NCBI GenBank assembly: GCA_963843835.1
Contig: CAWJMD010000008.1
Location: 78,752 to 142,751, forward strand
DNA: 64,000 nucleotides
Source of the DNA: an uncultured Actinomycetota bacterium
GTDB taxonomy: Bacteria; Actinomycetota; Actinomycetes; Actinomycetales; CAWJMD01
Direction of reading: 5' to 3'
Shown here: positions 9,370 through 18,166 of the stretch, piece by piece
Position numbering within the stretch: the stretch's first letter is position 1
Layout of the letters: the number at the start of each line of letters is the position of its first letter
Notes under the pieces: generated by a model
Databases searched by the model: none
Told to the model about the DNA's origin: nothing
The model's input: the letters and a program-made list of their open reading frames with translations, nothing else
Program-made: the position numbers and the translations under genes

Positions 9370-9499
9370 CGGACCGGGCCTACGCAGTGGCCGGCGGGGA
9401 CGAGGACGAGCGCAGGGCGTGGCGCGGGCGAGGTCAAGCTCGAGGAGGACATGTCCGCACCCTCTGGTGCATCCGGTCGGGCCGCAACCCGGACGCGGC

Positions 9500-10423
9500 T
9501 CAGCTCGGCTCAGGCTCAGACTCAGGCTCGGGCGGGGTGGGTGCGGGAGACCCGGCGCCCAGACGCAGCACGACCACGCCGACGAGGATGACCAGCACCC
9601 CGAGGCCGTCGAGGACCTCGATCGGCTCGTCGACCAGCAGCCAGCCGATGCCGAGGGCGACGACCGGCGGGATGTACGTGGCGCTCGAGGCCGTGACTGC
9701 TCCCAGCCGGTCGACGACCACGTAGTAGAGGATGTAGGCGATCCCGGTCCCCATCAGGCCCAGTCCACCGGCGAGGGCCACGGAGGCCCTCGTGTCACCG
9801 CTGATCGCGGTGATCCCGTCGAGGTCGGTGACGACGAGGAGGGCCAGCAGCGCGAGCCCCATCTGGTACGTCGTGAGCGCCGAGGCGGGGATGGCCAGGT
9901 CCACCAGGAAGCGGCGGGCGTAGACGAACGACAGGCCGACGCTGGCGGAGCCGAGCAGCATGTAGAGGACGCCCAGCGTGTCGACCGGAGTCGCCGTGTC
10001 CCAGGGGCGCGCGACCAGCAGGACCCCGACGAAGCCCACCAGCACCCCGATGACGCGCAGGGGCGTCGGCTGCTCGCTGCGGAGCAGGACCGTGGCGCCG
10101 AGGGCCGTGAACAGCGGGATCGCCCCGCTCAGGGCCCCGGCGATCCCGGACGGCAGGAGCGCGGTGCCGGCGGCGAACGCGAAGAAGTACACGCTCGTGG
10201 CCAGCAGCGACATCACGAGGAAGTGGTGCGTGTACCGCAGGTGCGTACGGCGTAGGGCACCACGCGCCGCGGCGTACAGGACGACCGGGAGAAGGCCGAA
10301 GACCACTCGCAGCAGGGTGATCTGGCCCGGCGAGATGGTCTCCGAGGCCCACTTCATGAAGAGGAAGTTGCTGCCCCAGATCAGACCGAGTGCCGTGAAC
10401 GCTGCGGTCCCGGCTCTGTCCAC
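9500..10423 (-). CDS. DMT/EamA family transporter
   Basis: LIWGSNFLFMK start, about 10 TM helices, GTGIAYILYY, TYIPPVVA; C-terminal PEPESEPEPS from a 6-bp repeat. Confidence 0.9.
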   Translation of the reverse strand: MDRAGTAAFTALGLIWGSNFLFMKWASETISPGQITLLRVVFGLLPVVLYAAARGALRRTHLRYTHHFLVMSLLATSVYFFAFAAGTALLPSGIAGALSGAIPLFTALGATVLLRSEQPTPLRVIGVLVGFVGVLLVARPWDTATPVDTLGVLYMLLGSASVGLSFVYARRFLVDLAIPASALTTYQMGLALLALLVVTDLDGITAISGDTRASVALAGGLGLMGTGIAYILYYVVVDRLGAVTASSATYIPPVVALGIGWLLVDEPIEVLDGLGVLVILVGVVVLRLGAGSPAPTPPEPESEPEPS

Positions 10424-10454
10424 GCGGGCAGTGTCGCAGCGGGGTCCCTGCTGG

Positions 10455-10865
10455 TCAGGCCGCCTTCTTGGTCTCCCAGAAGATCTCGGCGATCTCGTCG
10501 ATCTTGGCGAGCAGCTGGTCGGCCACCGCGACGTCCACGCTGGCCTTCGTGCCGCCGCCCCCGCCGGCGAGCTTCGTCGCCTCGTTGAACAGCTGGTTCA
10601 GCTGCGGGTACTTCTCGAAGTGCGGGGGCTTGAAGTAGTCGGTCCACAGCACCCAGAGGTGGTGCTTCACGAGCTCCGAGCGCTCCTCCTTGATCACGAG
10701 GGCGCGCGCCTTGAAGACGTCGTCGTCGGAGTCGTTGTGCTTCTGGATGATCGCCTTCACCGACTCGGCCTCGATCTTCGCCTGGGCCGGGTCGTAGACA
10801 CCGCAGGGCAGGTCGCAATGGGCGCTGACCGCGGTGAGAAGCTGCTGACGCATCTGCTGAGCCAT
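10455..10865 (-). CDS. sodN: Nickel superoxide dismutase precursor
   Basis: Ni-hook HCDLPCGVYDPAQA after a short propeptide; KHHLWVLWTDYFKPPH. Confidence 0.97.
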   Translation of the reverse strand: MAQQMRQQLLTAVSAHCDLPCGVYDPAQAKIEAESVKAIIQKHNDSDDDVFKARALVIKEERSELVKHHLWVLWTDYFKPPHFEKYPQLNQLFNEATKLAGGGGGTKASVDVAVADQLLAKIDEIAEIFWETKKAA

Positions 10866-10909
10866 CCTCTCGAGGGGGGTGTGCTGGTCGTCGTTGGGAC
10901 ACTACTCCC

Positions 10910-11296
10910 GTGACCACCCAGCCGCTTCCCGGCCCCGCCCCGCTCCCGGCCCTGGTCGGGTCCCTGCTCCTGTGCCGCGTACAGGGGCGGTCGATGCGTC
11001 CGACGCTCGAGGACGGGGACGTGCTGCTGGCTCGCCGCACCTCCACCGCCGTCCCCGGGGCGCTGGTGGTCGTGCGGTGGCCCGGTGACCGGCCCGTGGC
11101 GGTGAAGCGGCTGGTGGCCCGTGACCGCGGCGGGTGGTGGGTCGAGCGGGACAGCGCCCAGGAGGGAACGGACTCCTGGTCAGCCGGTGCCGTGCCGCCG
11201 GAGGGCCTCCTCGCCGTGGTCGTGGCGCGACTGTGGCCGCGTCCGCGCCGGTTCGGGCCGGGCGACCTGCGGACGGCGGGTCAGCGGAGGGCCTGA
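10910..11296 (+). CDS. sodX: Ni-SOD maturation protease (S26-like)
   Basis: VQGRSMRPTL (Ser) and VKRL (Lys) dyad, GTDSW; divergent from sodN. Start uncertain. Confidence 0.88.
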   Translation: MTTQPLPGPAPLPALVGSLLLCRVQGRSMRPTLEDGDVLLARRTSTAVPGALVVVRWPGDRPVAVKRLVARDRGGWWVERDSAQEGTDSWSAGAVPPEGLLAVVVARLWPRPRRFGPGDLRTAGQRRA

Positions 11297-11482
11297 GACG
11301 TCGCGCTCGTCACATCCGGTCGACATGTCCGTGACGGGACCGTCCGGGTCTGGCACAGTGGGCGGCAGCCGCGGGTGACCCCCGCGTCCGGTACACGACG
11401 ACCGCACCCGGTCGTGAGCAGCCCCTTCGGCAGCCGGTACCGAGACCGTCTCACCGCACGTCCCGGAGACCAGGGGTCGCAC

Positions 11483-12697
11483 ATGTCAGCACAGCCCGTC
11501 AGCCCACCCACCTCCTCACACGCTGCGCCCGCACCGTTCCCGGACCCGGGCGAGCCCGTCTTCGCCGTTCACCTCGGGGGCAAGCTCGAGGTGGGCCTGC
11601 GTCGTCCACTCCGTGACCGGGCGGACCTCGCGCTCGCCTACACCCCGGGGGTCGCCGACGTCAGCAGGGCGATCGCCGCGCACCCGGACCTCGTCGACAC
11701 GTACACCGGTCGTTCCCACACCGTCGCCGTCGTCTCGGACGGGACGGCCGTGCTGGGCCTCGGCGACATAGGGCCACGTGCCGCCATGCCGGTGATGGAG
11801 GGAAAGGCGGTGCTGTTCAAGCACTTCGCCGACATCGACGCCGTGCCCATCTGCCTCGACACCACCGACGTCGACGCCCTCGTCGAGATCGTCGCCGCCC
11901 TGGCGCCGACGTTCGGCGGGATCAACCTCGAGGACATCAGCGCGCCACGGTGCTTCGAGGTGGAGCGACGGCTGGTCGAGCGGCTCGACATCCCCGTGTT
12001 CCACGACGACCAGCACGGCACCGCCGTGGTCACCCTGGCCGCCGCGGTCAACGGCGCCCGCGTGGTCGGGAAGCGGCTCGAAGACCTCCGGGTCGTGGTC
12101 AGCGGCGCCGGCGCGGCAGGGGTCGCCGTCACCGGGATCCTGCGCCGGGCGGGCGTGGAGGACGTCGTCGTCTGCGACTCACGCGGCGTCATCGCCCCGC
12201 AGCGCGCGGACCTGGCGGACCACAAGCGTCGTCTCGCAGCCACCACCAACCCCCGCGGCCTCGCGGGCCGCATCGACGTGGCTCTCGAGGGTGCCGACCT
12301 CTTCGTCGGCGTCTCCGGCGGCACCGTCCGCGAGGAGGCGGTGGCCCGGATGGCACCGCGCTCCATGGTGTTCGCCCTCGCCAACCCGGACCCCGAGGTG
12401 CACCCGGACGTCGCCGCGCGCCACGCAGCCGTGGTGGCCACAGGACGCAGCGACTTCCCGAACCAGATCAACAACGTGCTGGCGTTCCCGGGTATCTTCA
12501 GGGGCGCCTTCGCGGCCCGGGCGACGAGGATCACCGAGTCCATGAAGGTCGCTGCGGCCCGTGCCATCGCCGCCTGCGTGCCCGAGCCGACCGCCGGGCT
12601 CATCGTGCCCAGTGTCTTCGACGAGCGTGTCGTGCCCGCCGTGGCCGCCGCGGTGGCCGCGGCAGCGCGGGCCGACGGCGTCACCCGCGACCCCTAG
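11483..12697 (+). CDS. NAD(P)-dependent malic enzyme
   Basis: [50 protein letters not shown]. Confidence 0.95.
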   Translation: MSAQPVSPPTSSHAAPAPFPDPGEPVFAVHLGGKLEVGLRRPLRDRADLALAYTPGVADVSRAIAAHPDLVDTYTGRSHTVAVVSDGTAVLGLGDIGPRAAMPVMEGKAVLFKHFADIDAVPICLDTTDVDALVEIVAALAPTFGGINLEDISAPRCFEVERRLVERLDIPVFHDDQHGTAVVTLAAAVNGARVVGKRLEDLRVVVSGAGAAGVAVTGILRRAGVEDVVVCDSRGVIAPQRADLADHKRRLAATTNPRGLAGRIDVALEGADLFVGVSGGTVREEAVARMAPRSMVFALANPDPEVHPDVAARHAAVVATGRSDFPNQINNVLAFPGIFRGAFAARATRITESMKVAAARAIAACVPEPTAGLIVPSVFDERVVPAVAAAVAAAARADGVTRDP

Positions 12698-14391
12698 GGG
12701 GTCAGCTCCAACGTCAGCGTCCGCCTCAGCTCCTGCGCCTCCGGGGCGGGACGGCCCGTGACGGCGGCGTGGTCGACCTCGACGTGCGCGGTACGTCCGT
12801 CGAAGACCACGGTCATCACGCCGTTGTCGAACCAGAGGCCGTTGTCGATGTCCCACTCGATCGCGACGTCGTCGACCCCGGCCCGGCGGGCGAGCCAGTG
12901 GATCACGTTGCGCGCGAACCGCGTCTTCAGCACGTGGTTGGCGACGCGGATCGGTGGCTCCAACGGGTTGCGGAAGGGCGACATCGTGAGCTGGTGGAGG
13001 CCGGTGCGTGCCGGGTCGATGCTCGGCGTGCTGGCGCGGGCGGTGTACGAGCAGTGCACGTCACCCGACAACAGCAGGATGCTGGCCGGCGGCCGGCTAC
13101 CGGACCCGAGCCGGTCGATGAGCTCGACCATGCGCTGGAAGGTGGCACGGAACGCCGCCCAGTGCTCGAGATCGACTCCCTGCCTGACCTTCTCGGCAAG
13201 ACGGACCGCGCGCCTGCCCCAGGCGCCCGCCGCCACCGCCTCGTCCCAGCCCTCGAGGTGGTGGATCCCCTTGAGGAGCAGGAACGGCAAGGTCGTGCCG
13301 ATCATCATGTGGTCGATGCGCTCGCCCTCGCGGGGTAGGACCTGCCGGGTGAACCAGTCCCACTCCGTGTCGTCCACCATCGCCCGCCGGTCGGGCTCCA
13401 GCACGCGTGAGCACCGGGAGTCGACGGACACCAGCCGGATCTTCAGGTCCTCGTTGCCGAAGTCGCGCCGGAAGCTCCAGCGGGTACTGGTCGGCCGGGC
13501 GTCCGCCTCCCAGGCGAACTCGTCCAGCAGGCGGGTCCGTTCGTCGTCGTCGTCCGTGCCGCGCACCATCTCGTACGTGCGGTCCCGTGCCAGCTCGTCG
13601 GGGGAGAGGTTCCCCAGGTGCTGGTAGACCCAGTACGAGGCGTAGGCACCCACCACGCGGTCGCGCCACCACGGCTCGTTGGTGACCCACTGACGCCACT
13701 CGTAGGAGGTGTTCCAGTCGTCGCGCAGGTCGTGGTCGTCGAGCATCATGCAGCTGGGCACCGTCGACAGCAGCCAGCGGACCGCCTCCTCCGCCCAGCT
13801 CTCGTGGTAGAGCCAGGTGTACTCCTCGTAGTTCTGGATCTCCTCGACGACCTCCGACATCGGGTCGTCGTCGGAGGGGTGACCGTGGACCTCGCGCAGC
13901 CTCGCCTTCAGGGGCGGCGAGGGGACGTCGGCGTAGACCTGGTCTCCGGCCAGGAAGAGCGCGTCGGGCCAGCGGGCAGTGTCGGACGAGGCCATCCGGT
14001 TGGCGAGGGCGACGAGGGCGTCGGCACCGAAGCGGCGCAGGCTCTCGGCATCCATCGGCGCGGCGCGCCGGCACGACCCGAAGGCGAGCCGGAAGGTCTC
14101 GCCGTCCGAGAAGGTGCGGATCACGCTCGGCGGGAAGGCGGACGTCTCCGGCGGCCAGGAGCGGTTGCCGTCGAGGTGAACCGAGTACTCGTGCTCGGTG
14201 CCCGACTCGAGACCGGTGAGGGACACCACGGCGTAGTGGTGCCCGTGCACGGTCCACGTGGGCTCGATGACCCCGAGGACCTCCACCCGGCAGGGCCGGT
14301 CGGTCTCCACCCAGATCGTGGCGCGGTGGTCGTCGACGTAGCGGAGCAGCGGCCCGAGGAGGAGCACGGGCGAGTCAGATGAGCCGGTCAC
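12694..14391 (-). CDS. Alkaline phosphatase D (PhoD-like) family protein
   Basis: [11 protein letters not shown] start, [29 protein letters not shown]. Confidence 0.85.
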   Translation of the reverse strand: MTGSSDSPVLLLGPLLRYVDDHRATIWVETDRPCRVEVLGVIEPTWTVHGHHYAVVSLTGLESGTEHEYSVHLDGNRSWPPETSAFPPSVIRTFSDGETFRLAFGSCRRAAPMDAESLRRFGADALVALANRMASSDTARWPDALFLAGDQVYADVPSPPLKARLREVHGHPSDDDPMSEVVEEIQNYEEYTWLYHESWAEEAVRWLLSTVPSCMMLDDHDLRDDWNTSYEWRQWVTNEPWWRDRVVGAYASYWVYQHLGNLSPDELARDRTYEMVRGTDDDDERTRLLDEFAWEADARPTSTRWSFRRDFGNEDLKIRLVSVDSRCSRVLEPDRRAMVDDTEWDWFTRQVLPREGERIDHMMIGTTLPFLLLKGIHHLEGWDEAVAAGAWGRRAVRLAEKVRQGVDLEHWAAFRATFQRMVELIDRLGSGSRPPASILLLSGDVHCSYTARASTPSIDPARTGLHQLTMSPFRNPLEPPIRVANHVLKTRFARNVIHWLARRAGVDDVAIEWDIDNGLWFDNGVMTVVFDGRTAHVEVDHAAVTGRPAPEAQELRRTLTLELTP

Positions 14392-14454
14392 GCTGCGCAG
14401 GCTAGTGCTCAGCCGACCAGCGGGCACCAGTAGGTTTCCGGCTACGGTGACGTC

Positions 14455-15423
14455 ATGTTCGCCGTCTACGCCGCCCGCCAGTCCACCGACGACCCCCTGA
14501 GCGGCCTCGAGACCGGTGAGCGGCCGCCCCCGGATGTCCCGGACGGCTGGGCGAGGGTCCGGCTGAAGGCCGCCAGCATCAACCACCACGACGTGTGGAG
14601 CCTGCGCGGGGTCGGCCTGCCGTCGGAGCGGCTGCCGATGATCCTCGGCTGCGACGGTGCGGGGACGGACGACGACGGCAACGAGGTCGTGGTGCACGCG
14701 GTCGTCTCGTCGCCGGACTGGACGGGCGACGAGACCGAGGACCCGCGGCGCTCGCTGCTCTCCGAGGTGCACCAGGGCACGTTCGCCGACGAGGTGGTCG
14801 TGCCGAGGCGCAACCTCGTTCCCAAGCCCGCCGCCCTCTCGTTCGAGGAGGCGTCGTGCCTACCGACCGCGTGGCTGACGGCGTACCGGATGCTCTTCAC
14901 CAAAGGCGGCCTCGTCCCGGGGCAGACCGTGCTCGTGCAGGGGGTGGGTGGCGGCGTCGCGACCGCTCTCATCGCCCTGGGCGCTGCGACCGGCCTGCGG
15001 GTGTGGGCCACCAGCCGGGACCCCGAGAAGGGCGCTCGCGCAACCGATCTCGGCGCCAATGCGGTCTTCGCCTCCGGTGAGCGACTCCCCGAGCGGGTCG
15101 ACGCGGTGATGGAGACGGTCGGCAGGGCCACGTGGTCGCACTCCTTGAAGGCGCTCCGCCCGGGAGGCCGGCTCGTGGTGTCTGGGGCCACCTCGGGGCC
15201 CGACCCGTCCGCCGACCTGAACCGCGTGTTCTTCCTCCAGCTGCAGGTGCTCGGCTCGACGATGGGAACCCGCGACGAGCTGGCACGTCTCATCCGTCTC
15301 TGCGAGACCACGGGAGTGCGCCCTGTCATCGACCGCGTGCTGCCGATGGAGCAGGCACGTGAGGGTCTGCAGGCGGTCGCCGAAGGCGACGTGTTCGGAA
15401 AGGTCGTCCTCACGCGCCCCTGA
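14455..15423 (+). CDS. Zinc-binding dehydrogenase / quinone oxidoreductase (MDR family)
   Basis: INHHDVWSLRG, ILGCDGAG, LPTAWLTAYRML, QGVGGGVA. Confidence 0.9.
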   Translation: MFAVYAARQSTDDPLSGLETGERPPPDVPDGWARVRLKAASINHHDVWSLRGVGLPSERLPMILGCDGAGTDDDGNEVVVHAVVSSPDWTGDETEDPRRSLLSEVHQGTFADEVVVPRRNLVPKPAALSFEEASCLPTAWLTAYRMLFTKGGLVPGQTVLVQGVGGGVATALIALGAATGLRVWATSRDPEKGARATDLGANAVFASGERLPERVDAVMETVGRATWSHSLKALRPGGRLVVSGATSGPDPSADLNRVFFLQLQVLGSTMGTRDELARLIRLCETTGVRPVIDRVLPMEQAREGLQAVAEGDVFGKVVLTRP

Positions 15424-15436
15424 CGGACGTCGTGGG

Positions 15437-15607
15437 TCAGTCGGCCAGGTAGGTGGCCGCGGCCCGGGTGAGGGCCGCGGCTGCGCGATCCGACAGGCGC
15501 CCGGCTCGGCGCTGGGCGCGGAGGGCACGGACGAGCCGGGAGTGGTGCGCGGCGTCGAGCTGGTCGTGGTGGCGCAGGGCGGCGACCTGGCCGTTGATGA
15601 GCGACAT
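15437..15607 (-). CDS. Small hypothetical protein (56 aa)
   Basis: GAGGAGAAG RBS before the ATG at 15607; MSLINGQVAALRHHDQLDAAHHSRLVRALRAQRR...; 25 bp downstream of padR. Confidence 0.6.
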   Translation of the reverse strand: MSLINGQVAALRHHDQLDAAHHSRLVRALRAQRRAGRLSDRAAAALTRAAATYLAD

Positions 15608-15632
15608 GGTCTTCTCCTCGTGTGCGAGTGTG

Positions 15633-16331
15633 TCAGTGGTCGTGCTTGTCGTTGGGGCGCAACAGGTTCCGGACAGCGTCCAGGGCCGAGTCGATGGCGC
15701 GCTCGATGGCGTCGACGTCGTCGTCGGCGAGCCCGCTGGACCGCAGCTCGTTGCTGACGGTGTGGTGGAAGCGCTGCACCATCTCGTCGGCCCGCGCCAG
15801 GGCCCGGTGGGAGCCCGTGAAGTCCGGACCCGGCGGCGGGGGCAGGGGATGGGGAGGCGGCGGGGCGGAGGGTCCGCGTCCGGTGAACGGGTCGGGACCC
15901 CGCTCACGCTCTCGACGGTCCCGGGACGAGACCTTCGAGGCGGCTCGCGCCGCCTTGGCCGCCTCGGCCAGCTCGCCGCGCAGGTCCCGGCTGGCGGCGC
16001 GCACCTGGTCGCGCACCTCCTCGGCGAGGCGCCGCACCTCCTCGGCGAGGTCGGCGTCGAGGTCCGCGAGGTCGGCGTGCCGGCTGCGGAGCTCGGCGCG
16101 ACCTGCCTCGGTGATGCGGTACACCGCCTTGCGGCCCGAGTCCTCCCGCTCGACGAGCCCCTCCTCCTCGAGGCGGGCCAGTCGCGGGTAGACCGTGCCG
16201 GCGCTAGGCGAGTACATGCCGTCGAAGCGTTCCTCGAGGGCGCGGATGAACTCGTACCCGTGACGGGGGGCCTCGTCGAGCAGGCTGAGCAGGTAGAGGC
16301 GCAGCTGTCCGTGGCCGAAGACGGGGCTCAC
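15633..16331 (-). CDS. PadR-family transcriptional regulator
   Basis: VFGHGQLRLYLLSLL, HGYEFIRALEERF, YSPSAGTVYPRLARLE. Confidence 0.93.
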   Translation of the reverse strand: MSPVFGHGQLRLYLLSLLDEAPRHGYEFIRALEERFDGMYSPSAGTVYPRLARLEEEGLVEREDSGRKAVYRITEAGRAELRSRHADLADLDADLAEEVRRLAEEVRDQVRAASRDLRGELAEAAKAARAASKVSSRDRRERERGPDPFTGRGPSAPPPPHPLPPPPGPDFTGSHRALARADEMVQRFHHTVSNELRSSGLADDDVDAIERAIDSALDAVRNLLRPNDKHDH

Positions 16332-17179
16332 CGGCGCTTCTCCATGGCGGGTCGTCCCGGTGCCGCCGCGTGCAGGAGCGTGACGTCGCCCGAGACGGAC
16401 TTGGCGACCAGCTGCACGGCGCCGTCGCCGCGCGCGATCCGTCCACCGTTCTTGCCCGGCTTCTCGCTCAGCCTCTCCCCGCCCGCCACGACCCGTCCGG
16501 AGACGGACGTGGCGGTCACGTCGAAGCCCGCGTCAGCCGGGATGCGGATCGTGACGTCGCCGCTGACGGTCGTGGCGGAGATCGTCGAGGGGGTCGTGCC
16601 GAGGTCGACGGCCAGCGAACCCGAGACGCTCTTGCCGTGGAGGGTGGGCATCGAGGCCGCCTGCACGGTGAGCGACCCGGAGACGGTGTCGCCGCTGAAC
16701 GAGCCGTGCTGGTCGACCACCTCGATGGATCCGGATACGGTCTTGGCGTCGACGTCGGCGTGCACGCCGTCCACCACGATCGTGCCGGAGACCGTGCGTA
16801 CCTGGGCCGGTTCCGACGTGCCGCTGACCAGGCCGTCCGCGGTGACGGTGCCGAGGTGGACGGCCACCTTGCGGGGCACCGCGATGCTGATGTCGGCGCG
16901 GTCCTCGCGCGCCGTGACGAACCGCAGGCCCTCGAGGAGGTTGTCCCACCTCAGCGTGGGGTGTGCGATCTCGAGCACGCCGTCGTGCCACGAGACGGTC
17001 AGGTCACGACCGCGGACGCTCGATACCTCGACGCGCACGCCCTCCTGCTGGTCGTGGGCGACCACGTCGGCGCGCCCCCCGATCAGCCTGACCCGGACCT
17101 GGCGGACCGGGTCGGTCTCGCCTCCGACCTCGATGACGCGGGGGGCCGACACCGTCCACCGCTCGTTGTCCTCGTCCAC
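16328..17179 (-). CDS. DUF4097 beta-strand repeat (adhesin-like) protein
   Basis: Repeated (T/S)VSG motifs; AGGAGG RBS 5 nt before the GTG at 17179; overlaps the padR start. Confidence 0.85.
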   Translation of the reverse strand: MDEDNERWTVSAPRVIEVGGETDPVRQVRVRLIGGRADVVAHDQQEGVRVEVSSVRGRDLTVSWHDGVLEIAHPTLRWDNLLEGLRFVTAREDRADISIAVPRKVAVHLGTVTADGLVSGTSEPAQVRTVSGTIVVDGVHADVDAKTVSGSIEVVDQHGSFSGDTVSGSLTVQAASMPTLHGKSVSGSLAVDLGTTPSTISATTVSGDVTIRIPADAGFDVTATSVSGRVVAGGERLSEKPGKNGGRIARGDGAVQLVAKSVSGDVTLLHAAAPGRPAMEKRR

Positions 17180-17190
17180 CACTGCCTCCT

Positions 17191-17258
17191 GAGTCGAGAT
17201 ATATCGCGTTGGGGAGGACGGTAGCCCCGGCGACGGATCCGAGTCAAGATATATCGCG
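17191..17258. promoter_or_regulatory. Duplicated palindromic operator upstream of DUF4097-padR
   Basis: GAGTCGAGATATATCGCG at 17191-17208 and GAGTCAAGATATATCGCG at 17241-17258, exactly 50 bp apart, each with a GATATATC palindromic core. Confidence 0.75.
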
Positions 17259-17278
17259 AGCTCGCCGCGGCATGCGGA

Positions 17279-17911
17279 TCAGGTCTGGGGGAGGCCCAGC
17301 CACGCGTGCCAGCCGCCGTGCAGCACCAGCCAGGCGATGAGGCCGTAGCCGGCCTGCCCGGGGTGTGCCGTGCCGGCCCCGCCGGCGGCGCTGACGTTCG
17401 TCCCCAGGTCGGTGAACCACTGGTCGTGGCCGCGCAGCGGTCCGTGGCAGTCGACGTAGGGGACGGCACGGCGGTCGCACACGTCCGCGAACGCGGTCGA
17501 CAACTCGGCGATGCTGGCGTCGCGCGCGGCGTCCTGGCTCGGGGGAGGACCGACGACGAAGGTCGAGATGGAGTCCGCGGCGGCGTCGTCGAGCACGTTG
17601 GCCAGGTTGAGCCGGCTCCGCGCCAGCGTCGTCCCCTGATCGAGGTCGGCCGCGCCGAGGCCGACGACGAGCCGGTTGTCGGCCGACGCGGAGAACCGCC
17701 GCGTGGTCTCCTCGCGCCAGCGTTCGAGCAGGCCCGCGGTGCCCTCGCCCGGTACGCCCAGCGGGAACAGCGCGAGCCCGCCGGGCGGGTGGGGGGTGCG
17801 TGCTCCCACGCGGCCCGTCCACCCCAGGGCCTTGGGGTCGCCGAGCCCGGCGACCAGGTCGTCGCCGACCACGCAGATCCGCAGACCTGTGGCTGCCGTC
17901 TCGTCCGTCAC
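17279..17911 (-). CDS. GDSL/SGNH hydrolase family protein
   Basis: CVVGDDLVAGLGD block I; AHPGQAGY block V. Confidence 0.85.
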   Translation of the reverse strand: MTDETAATGLRICVVGDDLVAGLGDPKALGWTGRVGARTPHPPGGLALFPLGVPGEGTAGLLERWREETTRRFSASADNRLVVGLGAADLDQGTTLARSRLNLANVLDDAAADSISTFVVGPPPSQDAARDASIAELSTAFADVCDRRAVPYVDCHGPLRGHDQWFTDLGTNVSAAGGAGTAHPGQAGYGLIAWLVLHGGWHAWLGLPQT

Positions 17912-17986
17912 GTCGTGGCGCTCCTGGGTAGACCGGTCCCTGTCCGGACCGGGACCGGGTTCAAGGTGGAATCCCTTGTCTACCAG

Positions 17987-18166
17987 TCAGTCGTCGTCGA
18001 CGTCGTCGAGACGCGCCAGCCAGGTGGCGAGGCGTTCGACCGGCGTCTCGAACTCCGGGTTCAGGTCGACGAACGCGCGCAGCTTCTCGGCCACCCAGGC
18101 CATGCTCACCTCGTCGTCCCCGCGGCGTGCCTCCAGCTCCTCGATGCCCCTGTCCGTGAAGTACAT
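17987..18166 (-). CDS. DUF6104-like small protein (59 aa)
   Basis: [59 protein letters not shown]; TGATG 1-nt overlap with the kgd stop. Confidence 0.85.
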   Translation of the reverse strand: MYFTDRGIEELEARRGDDEVSMAWVAEKLRAFVDLNPEFETPVERLATWLARLDDVDDD

